From Alphaproteobacteria bacterium (GTDB lineage Bacteria > Pseudomonadota > Alphaproteobacteria > GCA-2746255), in NCBI GenBank assembly GCA_965249135.1, contig OZ252220.1, forward strand, positions 896,001-960,000: a stretch of 64,000 bases of DNA. The letters run 5' to 3'. A program made the position numbers and the translations under genes. Position 1 is the first letter of the stretch. Each line of letters begins with the position of its first letter. Below the pieces are notes generated by a model. That model worked only from the letters and a program-made list of their open reading frames with translations. It was not told the origin of the DNA and did not search any database. Below, piece after piece: positions 50,193 through 60,445 of this stretch.

Positions 50193-51687
50193 GACGCGCC
50201 TCCACCCAACAAGCTCATATAACTGGCGGCGGCCGTGGTCGCCACGTTGGCCCGAGGCAGATAGGGATAGATATCCAGGTCGAGTTTAGGCGGGCGTCGT
50301 CGATACGGCACAGCACAAGGTGTTTGACGGCGTCGTAGCCGATCGCACCCAGGCGCAGGGCGTCCTTGACCGCGCCGTGAAGCACCTCGAGATCGAAGGT
50401 CTCCAGAAGCCGAAGGACCTGGACGTATTCCCGCTTGCCGGCCTTGCCCATGCGCGCCTCCAGGAGACGGCGCAGGGTTGGGAAGGCATCAGGCAGTTCC
50501 CATCCGGCTAGCGGCGCGGCCTGGTCCAGGGCGCCGATCTTGTGCTCCAGCAAAGGCAGGTAGTGGATCGGATCGAAGACCATATCTTCCCGGTCGTAGG
50601 AACGGGGGTGCCGGGCAATGATCCCGGCGCCGCAACCGATAACCACCTCGTGGACATAGCCACGGATCCAGACGTCCTGATGGCCGTAGGCGACGGGCAC
50701 GGAATAGTCATTCGTCTGGTAGCGCACCAGGGACAGCGAGCTGACCCGCGTGCCCTGCTTGTCGCACGCATCGAACGGCGCCGGCAGTGGCGACATCAAC
50801 GCTTCGCGGTCACGCACAAACCGTTCGCCGATGCTCTCGCGGCGGCCGCGCAGGACGTCGCCTTGCCGGTTGCGGCATTGCTCTTCCAGGTGGACATTGA
50901 AGGCGTCCTAGCTCGCAAACCGGGGAAGCGGCGTCATGAAGTTCCGCCGGGCGTAGCCGACCACCCCCTCAACATTGCCTTTGTCGTTGCCCTTGCCGGG
51001 ACGGCCGTAGCGGTCCTCGAAGAGGTAATGGGACTGCAGCCCGCTGAACGCCCGCGTTCGTTGCCGCGTGCCATCTGGCAAGATGCGCGACACCAGACAC
51101 TTGTCGTTGTCGTAGAGAATCGATTGGGGAACGCCACCGAAAAAGACAAAGGCTCTGTTGTGCCCGTCCAGCCAGGCCTCCGTCGCCGCCGCCGGGTAGG
51201 CCGCAGCGAAGCAGGCATCGCTGTGGGGAAGGGTCATAACGAAAAAATACGCCCGATACTTGACGCCGGCGATGATCGCATCCGCCTCGCCAAAGTCCGC
51301 TTGAGCATGGCCCGGAGGATGTGACAACGGCACATACATCTCACGCAGACGACGGCGCCGTTCACGAACATAATCCTTTACGATGGTCTCCTTACCCGTG
51401 AAGCCATGTTCGTCGCGAAGGCGTTCGAAGATACGCTTCGCCGTGTGGTGCTGCTTACGGTGAACCGTTCAGTCCTCCTCCAGAATACGGTCGATGATAT
51501 CCGTGAAGGGGGCCAGCTTCGGGCGTTTCGGTGGCTGACGTCGCCGATATCCCGGCGGTTCCGAATGCCGGAGCATCTTCTTCACCGTCTCGCGCGCAAT
51601 GCCAAACCGACTTGCCGCCTCTCGCTGGCTCAGCCCATCAACATGGCAGGCCAGCCGTACGCGTAGATAAAGATCCACGGTGTGCAT
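50189..51687 (-). pseudogene. istA: IS21 transposase, disrupted
   Basis: Stops at 51469-51471 and 50908-50910, plus a frameshift near 50300 relative to the intact paralog. Confidence 0.9.
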
Positions 51688-51801
51688 CCTCCCACCTTCC
51701 ATCCCCAAATGGATCGAAGGCTACAGGTGGCAGAGTTTTATTCCGCCCGCGGCTGGTAAATCCCGCCGCTTCCGTGGACTAATTTGTCACCGCCGTTCTC
51801 A

Positions 51802-52030
51802 CGAATCATCGCTTCGGTGATTTGTTCGGCCTGCCGCCACGCACCGCAGAGGAGGCCCTTACGCAGCATCACATGGATATGGCCGCCTCGGTACAAGCCG
51901 TTATCGAGGAAGCAACGTTGCGTCTTACCCGTTCGATCCATCAAGAGACCGGAGCCAAAAACCTTTGTCTTGCCGGTGGTGTGGCGCTGAATTGTGTGGC
52001 GAACGGAAAAATCCTGCGCGATGGCAAGTT
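51802..52030 (+). pseudogene. Internal fragment of a carbamoyltransferase (NodU/CmcH family)
   Basis: DMAASVQ...NLCLAGGVALNCVANGKI. Confidence 0.85.
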
Positions 52031-52147
52031 TGAGAACGGCGGAGCAATAATCCCCCATCTGAGCGTCGGTTAGCTGCGGCTGCGGCGGCGCAAAAATGTA
52101 CCGGGTATGGCCTTCTGTCAGTTTGAGACTGGCTGAGGGTCGGGGGG

Positions 52148-53653
52148 ATGTATCGAGTGGAGTTGTACGCGCGGGTTCGACGGGCCTGTCACGTTGAGAG
52201 GATGAGCATCCGGGAGGCGGCCCGGGTGTTCGGTGTGGACCGGCGGACGGTGGCCAAGATGCTGGCCTATGCGGTGCCGCCGGGCTACCGGCGGAGCAAG
52301 CCGCGGGCGCGTCCCAAGCTCGATCTCCATGTCGGCGTCATCGACCGGATCCTGGAGGAGGATAAGGCTCGCCCGACCAAGCAGCGGCATACGGCGAAGC
52401 GGATCTTCGACCGGCTGCGGGACGAGTACGGGCTCGTGGGCGGCTACACGATCGTCAAGGACTACGTGCGCGAGCGCCGGCGGCGGACGCGGGAGATGTT
52501 CGTGCCGCTGTCGCACCCGGCGGGTCATGCCCAGGTCGACTTCGGCGAAGCGACGGCGGTGATCGCGGGCAAGGAGCAGAAGGTCCGCTTCTTCGCGATG
52601 GACCTGCCGCACAGCGATGCGTGCTTCGTGAAGGCGTACCCCGGGGAGACGAGCGAGGCGTTCTGTGACGGCCACAATGCGGCCTTCGCCTTCTTCGGCG
52701 GGGTGCGGCGGTCGATCCTCTACGACAACAGCACGCTGGCGGTAGCGCGCATCCTGGGCGATGGCAAGCGACAACGCACCCGGGTGTTTGCCGAGCTGCA
52801 GTCCCATTACCTGTTCCAGGATCGCTTCGGTCGGCCGAGGAAGGGGAATGACAAGGGCAAGGTCGAAGGGCTGATCGGGTTCGCCCGGCGTAACTTCATG
52901 GTGCCGCTACCGCGCTTCCCGAGCTTCGCGGCCTTCAACGCCGATCTGGAGGCGCGGTGCCGGAGGCGGTTCAGCGATCGGCTGCGCCGGCATGAGGAGA
53001 CGATCGAGGAGCGCTTGACGCGGGACCAGGATGCCTTCCTGCCGGTGCTGCCGTCGCCCTATGACGCCTGCGACAAGTGCCCGGGACGGGTGAGTTCGCT
53101 CTCGCTGGTGCGCTACAAGGGCAACGACTACTCGGTGCCGGTAGTCTACGGCTGCCACGAGGTGCTGATCAAGGGCTACGTCGACGAGGTGGTGATCAGC
53201 TGTGGCACAGAGGTGATCGCGCGCCACCGGCGCTCCTACGAGCGCGAGGACCTGGTCTTCGATCCGCTGCACTACCTGCCGCTCATCGAGAAGAAGATCG
53301 GCGCCCTGGACCAGGCCGCCCCGCTCGAGGGCTGGCAGCTGCCCGAGGTCTTCGCCACCTTGCGCCGACTCCTCGAAGCGCGCATGAGCAAGGCGGGCAA
53401 GCGCGAGTACGTCCAGGTGCTCCGGCTGCTGGAGAGCTTCCCCCGCCATGAGGTCGAGGCCGCCATCCATCAGGCCATCAGGCTCGGCGCCATCGGCTTC
53501 GACGCGGTCAAGCACCTGGTGCTATGCCGCATCGAGCGACGGCCGCCCAGGCTCAACCTCGAGGTCTATCCCTACCTGCCCCGGGCCAAGGTTCGCACCA
53601 CCGATGCCGGGTCCTACATGAGCCTGCTCTCGGGGGCAGGGCAAGGCCCATGA
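52148..53653 (+). CDS. istA: IS21 transposase
   Basis: Motifs QVDFG, LYDN and KGKVE. Confidence 0.95.
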   Translation: MYRVELYARVRRACHVERMSIREAARVFGVDRRTVAKMLAYAVPPGYRRSKPRARPKLDLHVGVIDRILEEDKARPTKQRHTAKRIFDRLRDEYGLVGGYTIVKDYVRERRRRTREMFVPLSHPAGHAQVDFGEATAVIAGKEQKVRFFAMDLPHSDACFVKAYPGETSEAFCDGHNAAFAFFGGVRRSILYDNSTLAVARILGDGKRQRTRVFAELQSHYLFQDRFGRPRKGNDKGKVEGLIGFARRNFMVPLPRFPSFAAFNADLEARCRRRFSDRLRRHEETIEERLTRDQDAFLPVLPSPYDACDKCPGRVSSLSLVRYKGNDYSVPVVYGCHEVLIKGYVDEVVISCGTEVIARHRRSYEREDLVFDPLHYLPLIEKKIGALDQAAPLEGWQLPEVFATLRRLLEARMSKAGKREYVQVLRLLESFPRHEVEAAIHQAIRLGAIGFDAVKHLVLCRIERRPPRLNLEVYPYLPRAKVRTTDAGSYMSLLSGAGQGP

Positions 53654-54414
53654 GCGACATGCCCCAGCTCCTGCTCGCCCATCACCTTAAGACCCTGAAG
53701 CTGCCGACTTTCTTGCGCGAGCACGACAAGATCGCCCGGCAGTGCGCGGCCGAGGGCGTCGATCACGTCCGCTACCTCTTGCGGCTCGCCGAGCTCGAGC
53801 TCATCGATCGCGAACGCCGCCTCATCGAGCGCCGCATCAAGGCGGCCAGGTTCCCGACCGTCAAGAGCCTCGACAGCTTCGCGTTCACTGCCATCCCCGC
53901 GCTCAACAAGGCCCTGGTGATCGAGCTCGCCCGCGGTGAATACATCGAGCGCCGCGAGAACGTCATCGCGCTCGGCAACAGCGGCACCGGCAAGACCCAC
54001 ATCGCCCTCGGCCTCGGGCTTGCCGCCTGCCAGAAGGGTCTCTCGGTGGGCTTCATCACCGCCGCGGCGCTGGTCCATGAGCTCATCGAGGCCCGCGATG
54101 ACAAGCAGCTGCTGAGGTTCCAGAAGAAGCTCGCCGGCTACAAGCTCCTGATCATCGACGAGCTCGGCTTCGTGCCGCTGTCGAAGACCGGCGCCGAGCT
54201 GCTGTTCGAGGTGTTCAGCCGGCGCTACGAGCGCGGTTCGACCCTGGTTACCTCTAACCTGCCCTTCGACGAATGGACCGAGGTGTTCGGCTCCGAGCGG
54301 CTCACCGGCGCGCTGCTCGACCGCCTCACCCACCACGTCCATATCCTCGAGATGAACGGCGACAGCTACCGCCTCAAGCAGAGCCGATCACAGCAGGCCA
54401 CCAAGGCTCGCTAA
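53650..54414 (+). CDS. istB: IS21 helper ATPase
   Basis: ATGA overlap with istA; GNSGTGKT and IIDELG. Confidence 0.95.
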   Translation: MSDMPQLLLAHHLKTLKLPTFLREHDKIARQCAAEGVDHVRYLLRLAELELIDRERRLIERRIKAARFPTVKSLDSFAFTAIPALNKALVIELARGEYIERRENVIALGNSGTGKTHIALGLGLAACQKGLSVGFITAAALVHELIEARDDKQLLRFQKKLAGYKLLIIDELGFVPLSKTGAELLFEVFSRRYERGSTLVTSNLPFDEWTEVFGSERLTGALLDRLTHHVHILEMNGDSYRLKQSRSQQATKAR

Positions 54415-54753
54415 CCCGCCAACGCCGCTTGCCCCCGTGGGTCCACAGGCCCCACCCACGCGCGCCGCCGCGTCAGCCTGTTGGGGGCACGCCGCGCCGC
54501 GCGCGGGGCCCGCCCATGGACTACGGGGACAAGCTCAGAGACACGTCATCGGGTGGTACATTTTTACACCGCCCCACTGGTGGACTTTTACGCCGCCGTT
54601 GACACGAGCGCTGGACCCGCAGATTGCCGGGGCTGATCGGGCGGCAGGTGCGATCAGGATGAAGCAAGAGGCGGTCGAGGTCGAGCTTACCAGCGGCACA
54701 ATTTGGACCCGATCCTCACGGTCACAGCTGCCCATTTGGGACCAAATATCGCG

Positions 54754-55464
54754 CTATGTTCCCTGGAACAGGGCGTAACTCCTGAAATCCATATAAAGAT
54801 ACTCCTGGATTTTCGTCGCCTCAGCCCCATGCAAAATCATATGTTCTCTATACGTCGGTGAAGGAACGACGAAACTGTAGTCATGCTTTCCAAGAGGACG
54901 GTCTGGGGGAGCTACTGATTGTTCGATAACCTCATCAAACAAGCTTTCCATCGAAGACAGCACATCTTCTCTAGGTGGAGCAAGACCGCCCGAACCCACT
55001 TCATAGGTATGTGATGCACAGACCAATCTCGAAATTGCATCACTTGGCCAGTGAAACGGATCAGCACCGCTGAGCGTAAAATATAACCATTCAACCGGAA
55101 CGAAGGTCCGAGCAGTTCTGATCATTTCGGGACTGGAGATATTAAACCTCTTAACTATGTAATCATGTGTTCTTTGCCCGATGCGAGCACAGATAAAATC
55201 AATACTTTCAAAATCAGTTTGTGGAAAAGATACAGTCCCTTTCAAGTGCCAATAATAGGGGTCATCCACCATCTCGGGGAGCTTTTCCAAATACCCTCTG
55301 TCCTTGAACATTACATCTGGGAACTGCTCTTTAAGTTTCGCCGAGAACTCCTCCAAGGATGAATCCACCCATTCCGCAGCTTTGAAAAAATCTGTGGGCG
55401 ATTGAGCGAAAGCGGGCTGCCCAAAGCTCAAAGACATGACAAGAGCGAGAATTAGCTTTTGCAT
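54754..55464 (-). CDS. Exported hypothetical protein, AT-richer (moron-like)
   Basis: Signal peptide ending AFA-Q; 236-aa ORF in an AT-rich stretch. Confidence 0.75.
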   Translation of the reverse strand: MQKLILALVMSLSFGQPAFAQSPTDFFKAAEWVDSSLEEFSAKLKEQFPDVMFKDRGYLEKLPEMVDDPYYWHLKGTVSFPQTDFESIDFICARIGQRTHDYIVKRFNISSPEMIRTARTFVPVEWLYFTLSGADPFHWPSDAISRLVCASHTYEVGSGGLAPPREDVLSSMESLFDEVIEQSVAPPDRPLGKHDYSFVVPSPTYREHMILHGAEATKIQEYLYMDFRSYALFQGT

Positions 55465-55593
55465 GTTTCAAGCTTCCTTATGGGAGCTGTGGGTACCGTC
55501 ATCGCGGCCCTTTCAGTTTCGCCCCCCTGCCGGACCGTCAATACACGGCCTCCGGCATCGATGGCGACAAGATCGACTCCGGAATTATCCGCC

Positions 55594-55992
55594 ATGCCCA
55601 GCAAGACCGAACAAGTGCTGACCGCGCTGGGTGATCGCCTGCGCACGGTGCCTAGAGCCAAGATCGAGCGTAACACGGCCGCACCCGAGAAGATCCCCGC
55701 CGGCGGCCTGATCGTGCTTCGCGACGGCGACCCCGGAGAGCCGGAGCAGGTGCTGGGTGGCGTCGGCAGCGTCTATTACGCCCATGCAGTCGAGATCGAG
55801 ATCTATGTCGAGGCGGGCGGCACTAGCGCTCGCGATGCCGTGTTCGACAACCTGGTTCAAGAGATCGGCGCGGTGCTCGACGGCGATCCCACCCTCGGCG
55901 GGCTCGCCTTCGGCATGACTTACGCCCGGCCCGAGATCGAAACCGAGGCGGTGGTCGGCGCGCCCGCCATCAAGACCGGCGCCATCGAAGTC
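55594..55992 (+). pseudogene. Prophage structural-region protein (probable tail completion), truncated by IS3
   Basis: GLIVLRDGDPGEPE...RDAVFD...DPTLGGL, recalled from alphaproteobacterial prophages; the stop lies at the IS end. Confidence 0.65.
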
Positions 55993-57336
55993 TGAGGTAG
56001 CCTCGGTTTGTCGGACAGCTTGGCGGCTTGATTAAGGTGTATTCCGGTTGTCGTTCATGCTGCCAGAATCCCTTTGCATCGATCTCCTTGCCGTTGTTGT
56101 TGCGCCTGTGGGGATGTGGGCAAGGTGCGTAGCGGCTTGTCCATCATATCCACAGGCGGGGCACCGCGGTAGGCCTCGGCCGGCGTTTCCCCCCCGAGCG
56201 CCGAGTGCGGCCTCTCGGTGTTGTAGAAGTCGATCCACTCGCCGATGACGCGCCGGGCCTCGAAGCCGTCGGCGAGCTCGCGCAGATAGACGGCCTCATA
56301 TTTGAGGGAGCGCCACAGCTGCTCAATGAAGATGTTATCCAGGCACCGGCCCCTGCCGTCCATCGAGATCCGGATGCCGGCCTCCCGCAAGCGCCCGGTG
56401 AAGGCGAAGCTGGTGAACTGGCTGCCCTGGTCGGTATTGAAGATCTCCGGCGTGCCATGGCGGGCCAGCGCCTCGTCGAGCGCGTCTGTGCAGAAGCCCG
56501 CATCCAGGGTGTTCGACAGACGCCAAGCCAGCACATGCCGGCTGGCCCAGTCCATGATCGCCACCAGGTAAAGAAAGCCGCGGCGCACCGGGATGTAGGT
56601 GATGTCGGCGCACCAGACATGGCCCGCCCGCTCGATCATCAAGCCTCTGAGCAGATAGGGGTAGACCCGGTGCTCGGGATGCGGATCGCTGGTGCGCGGC
56701 GCCCTATAGATCGCCTGAAGCCCCATCAGGCGCATCTCAGACGACCGGCCCGGCGACGACCGATGCGCACGCCCTCGCGGCGCAGATGACGGACCGTCTG
56801 ACGGGCGCCGTAGAACGGATACTTCAGGAACAACTCATCAATGCGCCACATCAGCGCCAGAGTCTCCGGGCTCTCGCCCTTGGGCGTGTAATAGAGCGAG
56901 GAGCGTCCGATCGACAGCAAACGGCATTGACGGCTCAAGCTCAGCGCCCGGTGATCGCGCATCACCATCGTTCACCGCTCGGACCGGCTCATCGACCGGA
57001 CCCTCGAGACAAAAAATCCCGCCCCACCGTCAACTCGCCGATCTTCGCGTGAAGATCACGGATCTCGCTCTCATGGTCCCCACGGCGGCGCTCGCCCCCG
57101 TTCGAAAACACCTCGCCAAGACCATCAATCGCCTGGCGCTTCCATGTGCTCACCTGGTTCGGATGAACCTGGTGCTTCGAGGCAATCTCCTGAAGCGTCC
57201 GGTCGCCACAAAACGCCTCAAGCGCGATCTTCGCCTTCAGCTCCCCGGAAAACCTGCGTCTCCTGCTCATCGCGTATCCCTCCTCAGTCGGGGGAATACA
57301 CCTTAAACACCTGTCCGATTTTCCGGGGCCACCTCA
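55993..57336 (-). mobile_element. IS3 family element, full length, orfB frameshifted
   Basis: Ends TGAGGTAGCC and GGCCACCTCA; orfA 56989-57270; orfB split near 56735. Confidence 0.94.
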
Positions 57337-58135
57337 GGATCACCAATGTAATTTTCCAAGGCTGGGTAGATTCAAGCTTTTCTCTATTACAGGAAAGGAT
57401 ATTGACGTAAGCCCGCAACTGGCATTCGGCTGTTTGAGATTGAACGGCGATTGCTGCTCTGGCTACTGCGGTTGCTTCTCTGGCTTCACCAACCGACCGT
57501 TGGGCTGTGGACGCAGCAATTCTAGTGTGTTCAGCAGCGCTGCGTGTGTAAAGCAAGGTGCACCAAAGCAGGGCCAAGCCGATAACGGTCAGAGCTACCC
57601 CACCCCACGCAGCGTAATTCATCCAGAAAGTAGATTTAGCCACACTCTGTTGGGCGACGAGATCACACTCCAGAATGTTGTCAAATTCGCAGTCGGGGTA
57701 GCGATTGCGTTTCTTAGTTTTTACATCGGCGGGTGGGGAACTGATCGAACTGTCAGGCGCGACCTCGGCTTGCGCGGGTGATTGCTCGGGTGGGACGGCC
57801 TCGCCGCTGGTACCGGCGTTGCCGTCTTCGGAGCCTGTATTGCTATTTTCGACAACGTCGCTGGGGGCAGCTTCTTGTTTGAGCGGGGTAGGCTCAGGCG
57901 ACGGGGCGGGTTGGGCTTGTTCGGCTTTGGGTTGCTGGGCCTGTTCGGCGTCTTCGCTTGGGCTGCTGGGTTGCTGGGCTAGGGCTGCACCGATCCACAG
58001 AATTACCGCTAGGCATCCTCCAAGTGCCGTGCCCGGCAAACTCCCGCCCGATCTTGCAACTAGCCAGAGGCACGTCAATCGGATAGTTCCCCTCATTAAC
58101 TGCAATATTCTTCCAGCTTCATTGCAGACATACAA
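57337..58135 (-). pseudogene. Exported/membrane hypothetical protein truncated by IS3
   Basis: Hydrophobic leader, P/E/Q/S-rich linker, DLVAQ and a TM helix; the frame runs into the IS end. Confidence 0.6.
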
Positions 58136-58656
58136 GCGCCACCGTGTTTTTTGGCAACGGTTTCCAGATTTTTGTCATCGGTGATAAGGGTATATTCCTG
58201 CACAATTGCCGTTTCAGCGATAAGTGCATCCTGCACGTTGTTTGGTTCCTTCCTCAAAAGGTCTAGGTCTTCTTTCAAAGCAGAATACAGATCATCCTCC
58301 ATTCCCCATCCGGCTTCGCCCCAGCGAGACACCCCCCATACCGCAGAGGTAGTCGGTACTTCTCTTCTTTCTCTCAGACGAGCTTGGTCTAGTCGAGAAG
58401 CGTCGAGAGCCAATGAATCCGTTGGCAAGGATTTAGCCACCAGATCAACGAATGCTTGGTTTAGCTTGTCCCTCCGCTCAACAGAGCGGGTATTGTTGAG
58501 TTCATCTCGCTGAACGTGGGTCGCATAAACAACAACTTTTCCTTGCAGAGCCTCAGTATGGAGAATGCCGTCCAAGGCCCTGTTGAAGACGTTGGTGTCG
58601 AACATACATTTCAGCATCAAACCCGCTTCTCGTTTAAAATTTCGATAGACGCGCAA
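58096..58656 (-). CDS. PIN-domain-like protein
   Basis: FDTNVF, VQRDEL, DALIAETA and LITDD; true start probably near 58620. Confidence 0.75.
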   Translation of the reverse strand: MRVYRNFKREAGLMLKCMFDTNVFNRALDGILHTEALQGKVVVYATHVQRDELNNTRSVERRDKLNQAFVDLVAKSLPTDSLALDASRLDQARLRERREVPTTSAVWGVSRWGEAGWGMEDDLYSALKEDLDLLRKEPNNVQDALIAETAIVQEYTLITDDKNLETVAKKHGGACMSAMKLEEYCS

Positions 58657-58714
58657 AATAGACGCGCAAAGAAGTCAAAAAAGCAAAAACTTAAGTTTTC
58701 CCTTGGACTTCCGA

Positions 58715-58789
58715 TGGTGGGCGCGGCTGGGCTTGAACCAGCGACCCCTACGATGTCACCGTAGTGCTCTACCGCTGAGCTACGCGCCC
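58715..58789 (-). tRNA. tRNA-Val(GAC)
   Basis: GGGCGCGTAGCTCAGCGGTAGAGCA-CTACG-GTGACAT-CGTAG-GGGTC-GCTGG-TTCAAGC-CCAGC-CGCGCCC-ACCA folds as a cloverleaf. Confidence 0.97.
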
Positions 58790-58876
58790 CTCTCATGCCC
58801 CCAAGGTGGCCGGGCGGGGATTATGACGGAACGAACCCACTTTTTGAAGGCTCACCCGCCCGCTTCAAGCCGCCGC

Positions 58877-59248
58877 TCACGCAGCTAGGATCGTCTCGAC
58901 CTCGTGGATCAGGTCCTTCAGGTGAAAGGGCTTCGACAGCACCTTCGTCTTGTTGCCGAACGCCTCCTTGGCACGAACGGCGACGGCGGCAAAGCCGGTG
59001 ATCAGCATGATCTTCAAATTCGGGTATTCGCCGGAGACGCGCTGGGCAAGCTCGATGCCGTCCATGCCCGGCATGACGATGTCGGCGAGCAGAAGGTCGA
59101 AGTCCTGCTCGCGGCGGATAAGACCCAAGGCCTCGCTGCCGTCGCCGACGTCCTCGACGGTGTGGCCTGCGCGTCGGAGCGAACGGGCGAGGAATTCCCG
59201 CATCGAACTGTCGTCCTCGGCAAGTAGGGCAAGTAGAATGTAGGCCAT
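58877..59248 (-). CDS. cpdR: Single-domain response regulator CpdR
   Basis: LLAEDD, DIVMPGMDG, ITGFAAV and LSKPFHL; lies between tRNA-Val and the FGase gene. Confidence 0.9.
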   Translation of the reverse strand: MAYILLALLAEDDSSMREFLARSLRRAGHTVEDVGDGSEALGLIRREQDFDLLLADIVMPGMDGIELAQRVSGEYPNLKIMLITGFAAVAVRAKEAFGNKTKVLSKPFHLKDLIHEVETILAA

Positions 59249-59421
59249 GGGGAAATGGGGCTCCTTATGAAAGACGCATCCAACGCGCGCGTCGCGGCTG
59301 CCAAGATAAGGCGTCATCCGCGATTGGCAAGCCTTTCGAAAGGGCGGACCCATTAACCATGCCGGACCCTTGTCCCTTGCCCTTTGACGAAGTGTGGCTT
59401 CCGAAGTTAGCTTAAACCGCG

Positions 59422-60342
59422 ATGACGACGCTTCCCTCAAAACGGATCGAGCCCGAACCTGGCCCCTTGAGCGCCAACGGCGATCAAGCCCCGGCCAAGG
59501 GTGAGGCCTGTGAGGTGCGTGCGCCCGCCTTGCAGAAATTTCCTTGCGTCTTTGCCTCGCCCCACAGCGGGGCGGAATACTCCGACGAATTCCTCGCCGC
59601 CTCGACGCTCGACCCTTTGCGCCTTCGAAGCTCGGAAGACTGCTACGTGGACGAGCTGTTCGGCGCCGCACCGATGCTCGGCGCACCGCTCCTTTGCGCC
59701 CTTTTTCCGAGGGCCTATCTGGATCCGAACCGCGGGCCTTACGAGCTCGACCCGGCGATGTTCCGGGACGCGCTGCCTCCTTACATCGAAATTCGCACCC
59801 ACGCCGTCACGAAGGGGCTTGGCACGATCGCCCGGGTCGTCGCGGATGGAATGGAGATCTATCGGAAAAAACTTTCCTTCGCGGAAGCAAGGTGCCGCAT
59901 CCAAAGCTTCTACCGTCCCTACCATGCGGTACTTCGAAGCCTGATTGACGAAGCGCAGGCCCGTTTCGGTTGCTGCGTGCTGATCGACTGCCACTCGATG
60001 CCTTCCACCGACGGTGGCGGCGGGTTCAAGCCGGCCGACTTCGTGCTCGGCGATTGCCATGGCACGTCCTGCGATCCAAGTGTGACGGAAAGCGTCGACA
60101 CATTTCTTCAAGGCTTTGGCTACGTGGTTCAGCGCAACCGTCCCTATGCGGGCGGCTTTACGACTCAGCACTATGGCCATCCGAATGAAGGCGTGCATGC
60201 GCTCCAGATCGAAATCAACCGCGCCCTTTACCTGGATGAGAAAACGCTGAAGCGGCTTTCCGGTTTCGCGCCTTTGAAATCCCGCATCGGCGGGCTGATC
60301 GCTCAACTGAACGAGCTGCCCAGGGAACGACTCCTGCCTTAA
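59422..60342 (+). CDS. N-formylglutamate amidohydrolase
   Basis: Motifs SPHSG, DPNR, DCHSM, PYAGG and QIEINR. Confidence 0.93.
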   Translation: MTTLPSKRIEPEPGPLSANGDQAPAKGEACEVRAPALQKFPCVFASPHSGAEYSDEFLAASTLDPLRLRSSEDCYVDELFGAAPMLGAPLLCALFPRAYLDPNRGPYELDPAMFRDALPPYIEIRTHAVTKGLGTIARVVADGMEIYRKKLSFAEARCRIQSFYRPYHAVLRSLIDEAQARFGCCVLIDCHSMPSTDGGGGFKPADFVLGDCHGTSCDPSVTESVDTFLQGFGYVVQRNRPYAGGFTTQHYGHPNEGVHALQIEINRALYLDEKTLKRLSGFAPLKSRIGGLIAQLNELPRERLLP

Positions 60343-60357
60343 GCCACGAAATCCGCC

Positions 60358-60445
60358 AAAAAATCGGGGCCGCGTTGCGCGACCCCGAAAGTCGTTAAGG
60401 GAGGATACATCTTAGATAAGGACGCGATACCGGTTTTCCAGGGGG
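60358..60445 (-). ncRNA. mmgR: MmgR/SuhB (alpha-r8)-like small RNA
   Basis: Minus strand TGTATCCTCCCT, then a GC hairpin and U-run; next to the FGase gene; TTGTGCA at 60471-60477 upstream. The 5' end is approximate. Confidence 0.7.

Larger units (their letters stand above)
49223..51801 (-). mobile_element. IS21 family element with defective istA
   Basis: Ends TGTCGCCGGCGGAGCAAAATTAGCCCAC and (reverse complement) TGAGAACGGCGGTGACAAATTAGTCCAC; carries istA/istB. Confidence 0.92.
52031..54604 (+). mobile_element. IS21 family element, apparently intact
   Basis: Ends TGAGAACGGCGG and CGCCGTTGACA; overlapping istA-istB. Confidence 0.93.
41068..58715. mobile_element. Decayed genomic island/prophage in tRNA-Val(GAC), about 17.6 kb
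   Basis: Bounded by the tRNA and its duplicated 3' half; contains IS elements and phage relics; no integrase seen. Confidence 0.85.

Noticed and set aside
6539-50910. In-frame TAG/TGA at apparent Trp positions as stop-codon recoding
   Set aside because: TAG and TGA end core genes normally in this window; TGG to TAG/TGA transitions explain these cases.
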